64,000 nt of DNA from Octopus bimaculoides (taxonomy: Eukaryota), in assembly GCF_001194135.2 (NCBI RefSeq), contig NC_068983.1, positions 109,690,032 through 109,754,031 of the forward strand. The letters are read 5' to 3'. A model generated the notes under the pieces. That model was not told where the DNA came from. It worked only from the letters and a program-made list of their open reading frames with translations, and searched no databases. The position numbers and the translations under genes are program-made. Below, in pieces: positions 23,664-37,050 of this stretch (position 1 is the stretch's first letter; each line of letters starts with the position of its first letter).

Positions 23664-26600
23664 AACATGGAATATCAAGCAGTTTGTGAATTAACAGAGG
23701 TGGCAGAACTAAAATTTAGTGCTCATTTGAAAGTAATTTGACATTTTGAAGTAAGATCAAGTCAGTGACTGAAAAGTTTCTGCAGTCACTCCTCTTTTAA
23801 TAAATGATAATATTTAATTTCATGTTTTCAAAATTACATAATTATACATAATCATATACGTTCTATAATAAAATGATTCCGCAATTATATGTTCCAGATA
23901 AAAAAAAAACAAATGATTAAATAATTATATATGTTCTATAGTTAAAATGAAAGAAATGCATATAGAATTCATAGAGGTAGGTTTGTCTTGATTTTTAAAA
24001 AGTAACAAATAAAGAATCAGTACAATGCCACATGAAATGCCTGAAGTTTGTTTTATACTTCTGTGTTCTGAATTCCATCTCTGTCCACTTGGCTTCTCAT
24101 CCCTTATGGCTATGCTTCAGAGTCTCACAAATCTAATTCAGTACATTTAACTGAAGGTTTGAATCCTAGCAATGCCTTCTGATTTATTCTTTTGGGATTG
24201 ATATGATTAATATTAGTTAGATTCTAAATAAAATTTGCTCAACTATACCTGCTCCTCCAAAAACTAACCTTTTGTCTAGACAAAATGAATCAATATTATA
24301 TATTCTTCTAAATTCCAGACATATCTTCAAACCCAGTCAATAGAAAGACTGATATTCTTTAGATACTAACTAAATATTAGTTCCTTATAGAAACTACAAT
24401 TATTTACAGCAACTTCATGCTGTGGATAGTTGTAGATGTTACTATAATACAGTATAAACTTAACTGATGTTTACTATTTTTCAAGATAGATTTGAAATAA
24501 TTATTTTTAAGTGTTTACTGTTGCAAATCTGGTTGTAATGTAATTTAATCTTTTGGTAGTTATTGCAACACACTGTATAATGGCATCTCTCTTCTCTCTT
24601 CTCTCTCTGGAATATATGAATGTTAATAATCAGATAGTTGTCAGATTTATAAAGACCCCTCTTGCTTCCTCCTAGTAGGTTACAATTTTAAAATAAAATC
24701 CACAAAATAAGCTAATTTAGTTAATAGCCTAAGACCATGAAAATAATTAGAAATAAATTGCACCTGTCACTTCAAAGTCTTTTTGTAAACATCTTCAGCA
24801 TTTTTACTAATATAAAAATGTTGATGAGTGATTCAAATAAAGAGAAGCCTGTGCATAACTATTCACAGTAACATCTTTTCAAAAATGGAATCCAGACCAA
24901 CAACTTTCAATGACTGATACTGAGAATGATAGATAATCATGCTAAATTAGTATTTAATGAAAACTGTAAACTCTTAAATTCCATATTGGTTTTTGATATT
25001 TTGCAGGGATATGATATTATTGCAGCATTAAATGACTTTGAGGCAATAAACCATGATTGTTATGAAAGTAGCTAACATTAGAGCACTTAAGCTACTTAAA
25101 ACAATTGTCCATATGTGAGCAAGAAACGACAAGGAGATAAAACATTGTTAGATAAACAACTTGCCATAAGAAATTTTGGCATTTAAGTATTGAATTGATT
25201 ATTCAAAAAGAGAGATGCAGGAATGGAGATAGTTAATGACTGATAAATTCATTTTATTTCATTTATGTAAATAATTAAATAGAAAGCCAAAAGGCTAGGG
25301 GAATTCTGTGCCATTAATAAATGGCTCACATATTAAAAGTTTTGTTAAATTTGTTTAATCATCTGAGATGGCTTTGATGTAAATAAAAGCTAGCAAGCTG
25401 CTTGGGGATTTTTCTAAAACACTAATAATATATATATATATATATACAACAAACATTTTAATCTATGTTTTAATTTTTTTATATGCAATGTTCCTTATAT
25501 GGAGAGCAAAACTAGCTCATGAGTATCAAGCTCAAATCCTACTACAACAGTTATTGAGACAGATTAGCATCTTTTCCATGAGTAGCAATTTCTCACTAAT
25601 TTAGCAGTATGTCACACCTCTCTATGCTCCTAGCATGGAAATGTTTGATGAATAGTTTAATATCTAACCATAAGATGCAAATATTCAATGAAAAGAAACA
25701 CTATTTTGAATCACAGATGTAAAAATACAGAGACTAAATTGGATTACGACTTGGTAAATTTGTTCTTAGCAACTGGATCATAAAAAATTTTCTACAAAGC
25801 AACAGAGATGAAATTAAAAGATTATTTGGAATAAGCTAGACTAAATCTTACTCGTAATTCTCCTTTTTAGAGCAAAAATCTACAACTAATCAATTCTACA
25901 TGATTTAATTTATTTCATGTAGTCTGCTTAAATCATTTATTTAAAAATGATACTTAACTACTCTTCAATCTCATCTTAAATATAGAACTTATTCAACTTT
26001 TACACTGAGTTACTCTTCAAGGTAAAGATGCTAATAAATGTGAATTTTCTATGTAGTTAATTCAATAGGATTTGAACCTGATGCAGTGAAAATCATTTAT
26101 GTTAGAAACACTACACCTATTTGGTTTATTGGGGACTTTTCAATCCCAGATAGATGTTGAAGGCTATATGGCACCACAGACCAGCTGGCTTTAAACTTAT
26201 TACTCATAAATAACTATAGTAGCTCAAATATTCAGTAATAATTAATCAGTTAAAATATTCTGAATGTTACAGAAAACCAATAAGATGAAGCTAAAAGTTA
26301 AACTTTCAACTCTAAAAAATGAGACTTTAGATAAACACAATGAACGTTAAATTAAAAAAGATAAAGAATGCTATTTAATGAAATATGCAAATTATTTGAA
26401 CATACAAAAGGTTTGACAAGAATCTTAGAATATCTTATTCATGAGATTATTATCTTTTTTTTTTATTTCAGTTCAAATAATACAATTTTTTCATGAACAA
26501 ATCTTATGTATTTGTGGCACACATTGAAAAGAAAATTAAAATATGCCTCAAAATCACTAGATTGGAAAGTTTCTTGAATAAATAGGAAGCTATGAATGAA

Positions 26601-28615
26601 AACAAATAGCTCTTTTATTGTGCCATGACATAAAAAAGTGAGTGGTGGGAAAGGAATAGGTTTGGCATAATCAGTACTAAATGAAAAGTTTGGATGAAAT
26701 CTACAAAGTGTATTTAAGCATTCACATAGTATATGTTATAAATATATTAGACTCTTTTGTATTACACAAAGGATGAGGAAACATTAGAAAGTATTTTGCT
26801 TTATCTTAGACCAACATTAATTGTGAAAACATTAAAAGATTACATTTCTGCTTTCTTTTTTTTTTTTGCAAATCTGAAAAATAGTATGAATCTGACTTTA
26901 GCTCATTCTGGTATATATTATATAATCAATACAGAAGCAAAAGTTTGAAATATGAAGAAAAGGCACTAAATATTTTTTTTTTAAATGGCAAATAAGGTGA
27001 TAGTTGATAGTGCCAAACTTTCAACATTCAAAGCAAACAATAGGTTGTGAGGACAATGAATTATCCTAAGAGGAAATGAGCAACGAAAGAAGAATAAGAT
27101 AAACACCAGGTTATATTGTTGATTATAAACAAATTCAGTATTGTATAGTTATACTATTGTATTGAAGGTATTTCTGGGGAAAGAACTAAATATTATAACC
27201 AATATATGCAATAATAGAATAATGATCAATTACATTACCAGTATAATAAATATGGTATTTTCTTAAGACTCATCAGTTGTTTACTTTCACAAGGCAAAAA
27301 GCTACAATGTAGTCACTTACTCAGATTTAAATATCAGATTAATTTAACACAAATTGCACTCTACCTGTCTATAAAAAAAAAAGAAGACAATGTAGTCCTG
27401 ATATATAAAATGGCAGGATGGTCATGGATGGAATATCTTTTATCACGCATCTATTCAATCAGAGCTGTTTGGGAGGTAAAAAAACAACAACAACAATGAG
27501 ATATTTTCTGATGCTGAAGAAAACTAGAAACTTCTTCAAAAGTTCATAATTTCACTTCACATTGCTTTAGATGTGAATATATCAAACATCAAACTATTTA
27601 TTTATGAACATGAATAAACACTAATGAAATAAATAGCTGGTACTTTTGTTTTGAAAGGCAAAATATTTCAGCAGCAAATTCCACTGTACAAAGATATGAC
27701 TTATCAGTTGTTGATAGACTGGTATGTGCAGTAATGTAATTATTTGTTCATGCATTACTGATTAATTGTATTGTTTATTGTTTTGAACCTTACAGGCAGC
27801 AGCAAATTAGTGTTACTCAAGTAATATTGATAATTTTACTCACTTCATTATATTTCAAAAAGAAATTTCAACATCAATAGAAAATGTTTAGCTTTCTTTT
27901 TAATTTAATTTATTTTATATCAGATTATGTGAAAAACAGTGTCGTTGGTTATAGATTTTCTACAGGTCAATCACTAGTTCATTGCATTTACAATGTCAAG
28001 AGTAACAATGAAGCACCTACACAACTCAAGTGGAACAGCTACCACAGGGTACTTTTGTTTGAAAGCATCAGCTTATTGGTTTTCTAGTTAGTATTTATAA
28101 CTTCCACTGATGTATATCACAAATATATTTGTGAACATGTGTGTGTGTATGAGTATATATGTGTGTATACATGTATACACACACAGTCTCCATATGCTAA
28201 GTTCCACTAACAATGCTTTGGTCAACCTGAGGCTATGGTAGTGGGATAAAACCTGGAAACACATAGCTGAAAAGTAAAATTTTTAAATTCAAAGTCATGA
28301 CTGCACTTATTTTGACTTGATAACAATGTTTATTTCTGATATTGGAATAAACAAAAATTGACCTCAGAACTAGTAATTTACTTTGTTGATCCAGAAAATG
28401 TAAGAGGCAAGGTCGATCTTGAAAAGATTTCAACTTAGAACATAAAAGGCTTTAAGTAAATAGCACAAGGTAACTTGACCATCAATCTAATGACTCTGTG
28501 AATCTGCTTTCCCTATTACAAGTCCAAAATTAATGATATATTCTCAAAAACGAACAATATCTGCTTATAAACATTTTAAAATTAAATATCATTGATTGAA
28601 ATAATTCAATATATA

Positions 28616-28785
28616 GGCGCAGGAGTGGCTGTGTGTTAAGTAGCTTGCTTACCAACCACATAGTTTCCAGGTTCAGTCCCACTGTGTGGCACCTTGGGCA
28701 ACTGTCTTCTGCTATAGCCTCGGGCGGACCAAAGACTTGTGAGCGGATTTGGTAGACAGAAACTGAAAGAAGCCCGTCGTATATA

Positions 28786-28863
<78 letters not shown>

Positions 28864-29068
28864 TGTTTGTTTGTCTGTGCTTGTCCCCCTAGCATTGCTT
28901 GACAACCGATGCTGGTGTGTTTATGTCCCCGTAACTTAACAGTTCGGATAAAGAGACCGATAGAATAAGTACTAGGCTTACAAAGAATAAGTCCCGGGCT
29001 CGATTTGCTTGACTAAAGGCGGTGCTCCAGCATGGCCACAGTCAAATGACTGAAACAGGTAAAATAAA
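28616..29068 (+). mobile_element. Near full-length tRNA-derived SINE with central (TG)n array
   Basis: GGCGCAGGAGTGGCTGTGTG (A-box-like), GGTTCAGTCCC (B-box-like), CCTTGGGCAA segment, (TG)n, and a 3' body shared with the copies at 21329 and 52745. Confidence 0.88.
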
Positions 29069-29301
29069 AAATTTTAAAAATAAATATATTTTTATCTCTA
29101 ATATTAATTTCCCTTTATAAGGCACAAGAGCAATTTTTGTGGGATAGATGTTATAGATGATTAAAGTAATCCCAGTATATTTGAACAAAAACAAAAATTA
29201 AAACCAATGGAGATTTAATGTCAGAATAAAAATATATACCTCGATGTTAGAGTGTGTCTGTAAATCAACCATCTTATTTTTGCTTCTATTATGATCTTGA
29301 T

Positions 29302-29522
29302 TTAAGGAGGTTAGCTAGCAAAATCATTAGCATGTCAGGTATAAATGCTTAGCATCATTTCGTCTGTCTTTACATTCTGAGTTTGAATTCTACCAAGGTC
29401 AATTTTGCCTTTCATCCTTTTGGAGTTGATAAATTAAGTTCCAGTTGAGCATTGGAGTCAATGTAATCAACCTATTCCCTGCTCTGAAATTGCTAGCCTT
29501 GTGCCAAAATTTGAAGCCAATA
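29302..29522 (+). mobile_element. tRNA-derived SINE, second family
   Basis: GCTAGCAAAATCATTAGCA head, GAGTTTGAATTC B-box-like segment; homologs at 13570, 51235 and 51465. Confidence 0.75.
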
Positions 29523-30325
29523 TTAGGCTCTTAATTTCACATTCTGCTACTTACTTTTCAGACTCAAGTTCAATGAATATATTATTCTGTAGTATGCTTG
29601 CAAAGTTGAATAAATGAACATTTGTCAGGATATTACCGGTTAATCTGAGTATTTATACAGCTATTTCTTTGCAAGTTAAAAGCAGACAGTAAAACAGTAG
29701 CATAGCTCAAAAATAAGCAAGAGAGCAAACACTTCTCATGAGTACATTTTTTGAAAGTGGTTTCTTTTCAAAAATTGCTTTTATTCTTAGGTTTACTTAT
29801 TGGATAAAAGTCAAAACTCATTGTTTTTATTGCAAGACCTTAAGTTACAGAAGAATTTTCTAAACTCATTACTTTATTTGATTAACTTTCCAGTGTTTTC
29901 AACTGTCTACTCTACTTTGTTGCATTGGAGTTTCATCTTTCTTACATCACAAACCACAATCCCAGTAATTTTAATTTTGATATATTGAAAAATGAAATTA
30001 ATGAATATGGAATGCAATTATGTATACACAGCAGTTCACCAAGCAAAAGTCTGAACCTGGCTCTTGTTGATTCACTTCCCTAAAGCTGACTGTTTTTAGT
30101 ACTTTTTCTGTGCCTGTTAAGCATTGATTCACTTGTTCAGATTACTGATCAATCAGCAATTAGAAATTATATAACCCCAAAGCACCTTCAGTTTTCCACT
30201 AATATTACATGACCCTAAAGCACGTATATTATTCCACTATATTATATAAGGATATTAGAGTTCACTTTCTTTAGAAAGATCATTTACCAGTCACAAGCTA
30301 TCATTCTTGGCTAGCAACAAAAATG

Positions 30326-30327
<2 letters not shown>

Positions 30328-30365
<38 letters not shown>

Positions 30366-30440
30366 TCTCTCTCACTCTTTTTTCTTACCCCTCTCTCTCT
30401 ATCTATTTCTCATTCACTCTCTCATCCTCTCTCACTCATT
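30328..30440. repeat. (CT)n microsatellite with degenerate tail
   Basis: Seen directly. Confidence 0.95.
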
Positions 30441-31689
30441 TTCATTTGCTTTGACCACATGTTGTGATTAGCTTCAATATATCTATATTACATTTATACC
30501 TTTCTCTCAATCACTTTAACTGCATGCTGAAATAAGCTCCAACAGATTCTGCATTAGCACTAAAGAGACTAACAGATCCAGCACTCACTAACTGAAAGAT
30601 TGTTTAGCCAAAGAGAGAAACTATCAGTATCAGAGAACTTGAACACACTATAGTTCAATTTAAATACAAATTTCCATTCCTACTTCTGGCACTCTCATTA
30701 CATTTAAAACTTTTTGATTCTTTCCAAGGATTTTTATATGCTCCCATAGTATAAAACTGTGTTATTTCACTGCTAATTTGACTGTATATATTGTTTATAC
30801 GCTGTAAGATATTCTATTGTAATCAATATTATTTTGTCTTGTTTTACATATATACCTTCGTTTCTATGGTTTACACACAGTATTAGATCATTGTTGCTGA
30901 TAAAAAAACTGTGTTCAGTTAACAAAATATTTTTGAGTTTTCACAGGTAGATACATACATGCATGTATTACTTTTCTCTATATTTTTTTGCATATTTATA
31001 GACGGCTTTGCATAAATAAGCATTATGTCTTTCAGTCTTTTTTCACATTATTTTTATCAATAATTTTGTAACCTACCAATATTTACTAAATGTAATATAA
31101 GTAAAGATATATTTTCTGTAATATGAAAGAAATGACAATGAGTGCATCTTTGGTCAGTTCATTTGCTGGTAACTGAAAGTCAAGGTTAAACCAAGGATCA
31201 CTGCACCAAATCTAATTATGAAATATGCTTCTCACATGCTGATACTATAATTCTTAGGAATGCCATTGATAAAATTACTAAAATGTAGTAACTATCTGGC
31301 TGGAACAGAGAAAGGATGACAAAAGTTACAAATCAAGAATAGAAACATCAAAATGTCAGAGATTAAATTTCTACTTTTCATTTGGTAAGCACAAAACCTC
31401 TGCTGCACCAGAGGAGGAGCCTTTTGAAGACTTGCTTCTTACTTTCAGTCCAGGTGATAAAGACAGTACTCAGAAAACTCAAATTGCTCCTAAGGTGAAA
31501 TTCTTGAAAGATTCGCTAGAACATTTTCAACTTAAGGGCCAGGTGTTCGCCAAAAATACTAATATGAGATAACTCATTCAATCAGGGGACCAGGAGAACT
31601 TGATATTTAAAAGAGAAAGGAAGGAGAAGGAGAAATTGGATCCAAAGAGATGTTCAAGTATAAAGTTGTGCTCAGATAAAATCTATTTG

Positions 31690-32103
31690 GACTAGAAGGA
31701 GAATGGGAAATATCTACATACCTCTCAGACTGATGCAAAAACTATCCAGATTTTATCAACATGAAAGGACAAAGACCAGATATTGTCCTATACTTGAAAT
31801 CAGGTGCCAGAATCATCTTTGTTGAGCTGACAGTCCCTTCTAAGAATCAAGTAGATGAACGATAACAGTATATGATGAAGAAATATGAGGAGCTTGTGAA
31901 AGAGGTGACAAAAAAGGGGGCATCATTGCACTGTACAGGCAGAGGAAATTAGTGCAAGAAGGTTGGTTGCAGTCTCCATGAGCCAGCTATTAGGTCAGCT
32001 TGGAACCAAAGGTCATATAAAAATAACAATGATGAAACATCTGTCACAGACAGTTGAGAAGAGATTAATGTGCTATGGGCAAAGAAAAGATAATTGGATC
32101 TGA
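31690..32103 (+). pseudogene. Restriction-like endonuclease domain of an R2-superfamily (HERO-like) non-LTR retrotransposon
   Basis: GLEGEWEIST...YPDFINMKGQRPDIVLYLKSGARIIFVELTVPSKNQVDER*QYMMKKYEELVKEVTKKG...AEEISARR...WI*; the RPD-x-ELTVP-x-KY-x-G pattern of RLE domains, with in-frame stops. Confidence 0.8.
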
Positions 32104-34365
32104 AAAAGAATACTATAAGCTGTTAAACAGAGAATAGAAGAGAAAAGGACCTCAGTTTGAAACAGACTCACATTGCAAGTTCTTTTGGTTGTCTTCATGG
32201 CTGGGCAGTATACATCAGAGTTAAGGGAAATAGAATCACTTGAAGGTTCTGGATTCAATCTCAACTAAAATAACATTTCAAAAAACAGTAGGAGAACATT
32301 AGGAGTCATAACCTAGGTAGGCCAAGCTCCCTTAGCATGTCAGAAACAAATGAACTGAAAAATTTGCTTGACAGGAGTCCTTCCAATGAAGATTTCTCCT
32401 GCGGTTTGCTCGCCCCATGATGAGTTTCCATTTAATTACTGGGACAGTATTCATTATGGAGATATCAAAATTCAACCTATCTCAGCTCAAGCATACAAAA
32501 TGGTCTGAAGCAGTCCTTAACTATTCAAGTGTTATCAAGGATGATGTTTAAAATCAAAGTGGTTAAATTACTTTGAAAAAAGAATATAAATATTAGTTAT
32601 GAGATGAAAACTTAACCAAATGCTCAAATAAGTTCTTTTGGCTAACATCAGATGAACATAACAATTTCATATATCAAATATATACAAAACATAATGTGTT
32701 AGCTAAATGAACACAAAAAGAGACAAGATCAGAATTGACAAATTTTCTTTATCTCTGTAACATTTCAATGATGCCCTAGAATGATTTTACAATTCAGGGA
32801 ATTATTAGAAAAAAAAAACCCTAAATATTTTCTCAATAATATTTTTCATAGTGTACTTCCAAACATTGGGCTGGCAATAATTATGTATTATAGTCTATTA
32901 CACTCTAGAGCAGTACCATGGCAGACAAAGATTTGAGCAGTTGCTCCAAGTACACACTTCTATATACTCCTGCATATAATTTAAATTTGGTTCTATTTGA
33001 TATTCAAAATCAATTTGTTTCTTTTTTTTTTTTAACTCTAGAAAATATCTATACTTTTCTCTCCTGTAGTTTACCTCATCTTTCAGTACCAATAGAGTAA
33101 TAATGGAATGTGATCAAATATCTTGCATGAACTCTAAAAACATTTTTATGATAATAAATGAGCTTTAGTAATATAGGCAATCTTGCAGAATTTATTATCA
33201 TTAGTAACTGCTTTGCAAAGAATTCATGTCTGTGAGATAAAATCTGCACTCATAAGTAGCTTACAAAACAAAACAGCATATCCTGAAAACACTCAGCATT
33301 TATGAAAGTTTTAGTTGCTCTTGTATGTGGATTAAAGTACCAGACAAAACTTTTGGTTTATATGCATATTTACAGAAAAATAGTCTAGAATTTTAACAGC
33401 TTCTCTTATCTTTTCGAAAAATATTTGAAAATATGTAAAATCAGTAAGAATAATCTCAATTAAAACAATGAAATTGAAGCATCTGAGCTGGATAAAAAAA
33501 ATGAGATATTAATACAGAATCAAAGCAGCACAGAGAAGGTAAAAGTAAAGGATTCTATGATTAAATAGAAGAGGATTAAAGAATATTTGATGCTTAAAGG
33601 AAATTCATGGCTGAATCTTAGTGTCTTTAAATTCTAATATGAATAACAGAGATAAAGTATTTGAGCATTTTAAAAATATGGATTCCAGATTTACTGCACT
33701 AAATCCAAAACATTTTGACAACACAGATAATGTGAACATGTTAAAATTTTTAGGAGACATTTACTCAGAGGTCTTCCACAAACTAAAATCATGCAAGAAT
33801 TTTGGTTATTTGAAGACATATACAAAGAAATAAAGAGTACCAACAGTAAGACAAATTCAAGCATTAAGAAAATTACTGTCAATTTATGATCTTTAATCTC
33901 ATATGTTCCATTTATCATACTGTGTACCACGTTGTTTTCACCTTACTAGTATCTAGCACAGTTGTAGAGTGATCCTTTAATCGGCTAAGACACAAAGTGC
34001 TTCATTCTACAATGGGCAACAGTAGGTTGCCAGGATTAACTTTGCTCTCTGCTTGTTGAAAGAGACTTAGCTGCTGAAGAGTTCTATAATAAATAGATAA
34101 CTTTGTTAAAATGAAACCTAGATGAAAGAGATTGTTGTAGTTCCTTTATATATTTTTCACATTGTTTGTTTTCATTTTTACCTTTAAAATTAAAATGATC
34201 AAATAATGCAGCAGTTTATATTATGTTTTAAAATTTTGAGTTTATGTAAAATATTTTTTAAGTGTTTTAATTTTAAATGCAAAATGAATATTTTCTGTGT
34301 ATCATTATCATCATCATTAAAAATTGCATTTTTCTTGTGCTTTGTGTTTAGTGAGTTTTAAGCGT

Positions 34366-34398
<33 letters not shown>

Positions 34399-36779
34399 TG
34401 AGTCTAGAAATTTTTGGTATGTGCCATGGCACTTTTTTATATGCTTGCTCCCCCAAACATTAAAACCAAGCTATGTTACTAAGGAAAACCATTATTCTCC
34501 ACTTAGAAATTCCTAAATTCTGATGTAAAGCAATTTGCTCTCATCTAGCAATTTATTTTCAAAATCTCTGTTTTGATTCTTACTAATTCCATGTAGTTTT
34601 CAACACATACAGCACCGCTAATTTATTCCTGTCTGATCAGAAAGGAAATGCAGTTAACATAAGGAAAAAAAAATAAGATTCATCAAAGATCATTGTTATT
34701 CAACTTCTATCAATAAAAATCACCAAGCAACAGATCAGACAGTAGTTCACCTTCCTGCCATCATTTAGATATTACAGAAGAATTCATACCTTCATGACAA
34801 AGTTCAAGAGCAATTTTTTTCTCAGGAGCTGTCACACAGCTGAACACCAATATAGGTCTAACACATGTATGGATAAAACAATAAAATCATGTTATTATTT
34901 TATTGTTGCATAATTATGATGTTTAAATGTGTTTTCATTTTATATGTACAGTGTTTTGCTGTTTTTATGTTTTGATGTTTCTACAGCTTTGGTTGCAATC
35001 TAATTTTCATTAAATTTAAATACAATGCAAATAAATTGAACTGATTCAAAATTATACACTCCTTTCCGGACAAACTAGCATTTTTCTTTGAACTAGCTAT
35101 AGGCTACCATTTGTTCCTATATAAAAATAGTAGAGAAAGATTAAGAAACATTTTTTAGAGCAATAGCTAACATATAAGTTAAATACAAAAAGATTAACTG
35201 AAACTTTGTATTTGTAATTGATAACTTAATTAGCATTAAGAAATCAAATAAATGAAAAAAACACTTAAGTGAAAACTGTTGCATAAATTAAAAAAGGAAT
35301 TTGCTTTTTTATAAGCTCTAAACAATTACACATAATAGATTTCCAAATCAACCATTTATAAAATAAATCAACAAATAATAGATATTTAACTGACATATTT
35401 ATTATACATTTTATAAGAGAATGTGTGCATGTAAAAAACAGATTTTTTCATACAATATATGAATGTTGTAGTGAAACAATTCAGTGATTATATTATTTGT
35501 TAAAAGAACTATGTAGGGGAAGTGGTATATAAATAAACATTGGATAAAGCAGATAACTAAACTATTCTGAATAGTTATGTTATAAAAAGAGTAAAAAATC
35601 TAATCAAATAGAATGCAAAAAATATTTTCCAATGTAGAGAGAACATCAATAGGCTCAAAAATATTATTTCAAGCCATTTTTAGACAGATTCAGAGTGTTG
35701 TTGATTCATATAAAGACAAGATGTCATTATGATTCATTTAATATAGCAAACACATTAGAAAACTATAAATGATATGCAAACATTTATTATAAAATACTAA
35801 TCAAAATACTGAAATCATTTTGATTAGCGAAGGTTGGGATAATTTAAAATGTCAGACATACGTATGTGTGTGTATGTGTGTATATATGCATATGTATGTA
35901 TGTAAATATCAAGAATGTATTAGTTCCCTAGATAGATGAAAAAAGAATATAAATATTAGTTATGAAATGAAAACTTAACCAAATGCTCAAATAAGTTTTT
36001 TGGCTAACATCAGATGAATATAACAATTTCATATATCAAATATATACAAAACATAATGTGTTAGCTAAATGAATACAAAAATTTACAGGAAAAAAGCAAA
36101 CCAATAATTCATGTGACTGAAAAGATGGTAAAGTTTGCTCAGGTGTTAAATTCATGATTTGGTGAATAGTAATTTTAGAATAATTATGTGAATTATGATT
36201 AACTCAGTTAATCACAATGTTAATCATTTGTAGAGTACTTAGAGAATAACATTTTGTGGGTACATATGGCCACATGATGTAATTAAAAAAATGATATAAA
36301 ATTTTTCTAAATATTATGAAAAAGATGGTTTTATTGGTATTTAACATAAATGTCCATTAATTAGATGAATTTTATAAAGCAGAATGTCTCACCTAGAGAT
36401 AAATATTTATCTTAAAACAGGACAGATGCTTGTTGTGATCTAGATGTGCTGAGATTATTCATAGCTTAGAAACATATCACATAGCTGTAACTACTAAGTA
36501 TCTTTTTAAGTGGATGACTTTGTATTAACAAAAGCAATATTTTATTAATGTATGTAGCTTAGCAAGTAAACATTTTATATTTGAATAAATACAGAATCCT
36601 TTTTATCATTCAGTTTCAGAAGTGTAGCCCCTATAGCCCTTCCAGGAATTGCAAGAATAGAAGATAGTTTTAACATTGGTAGGTCTTTAACCTTAGGGGC
36701 TTTCATGATGGTTTCACTATTTTGTTTGAACCTCAGTAGCCAGACAGCTGGAGGAAACTGTGAACAAGAAAGAAGTTTC

Positions 36780-37050
36780 AGGAGGAATAGAGATCTGAGA
36801 ACTAGGTAGGGTGAGACAAGAGGAGAATAAAGGAAAAAGGAGGGATAAAAATAAAGGGTACAAATGTGTTTTGGCCAGGTTGGTAGAGTGTTGGTTAGTT
36901 CTAAGAAGCAGACACCATTGTAATAATGACCGAAAACAGAGAAAGCATCACAATGGTGATTAAAGTATTGGTGAGTGAAAGCTTTATATATCATGCAGAA
37001 GGTGGCCATAAACTTTTGCCTTGTAAAAGGTCTACAACTGTTCAAACAAA
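36780..37050 (-). pseudogene. Decayed CR1/L2-like LINE C-terminus
   Basis: HHCDAFSVFGHYYNGVCFLELTNTLP resembles the HRRxVxxLxxFYRYYxGxCSSEL motif near the end of CR1/L2 ORF2. Confidence 0.5.

Noticed and set aside
27924-28048. Exon-like segment (DYVKNSVVGYRF...KWNSYHR) with AG/GT boundaries
   Set aside because: Weak donor, no recognised homology, and its phase does not join the nearby acceptor-flanked piece at ~27796.
33440-33900. Coding-looking N/K/D-rich frames including the 70-aa ORF at 33621
   Set aside because: The composition is what AT-rich DNA gives by chance; stops interrupt it and no motif was identified.
32574-36081. Reading the 146-bp duplication as an LTR pair
   Set aside because: No PBS, PPT or TSD.
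36575-37045. 156-aa minus-strand ORF as a host gene
   Set aside because: Its first part matches a decayed CR1/L2 C-terminus; treated as a TE remnant.
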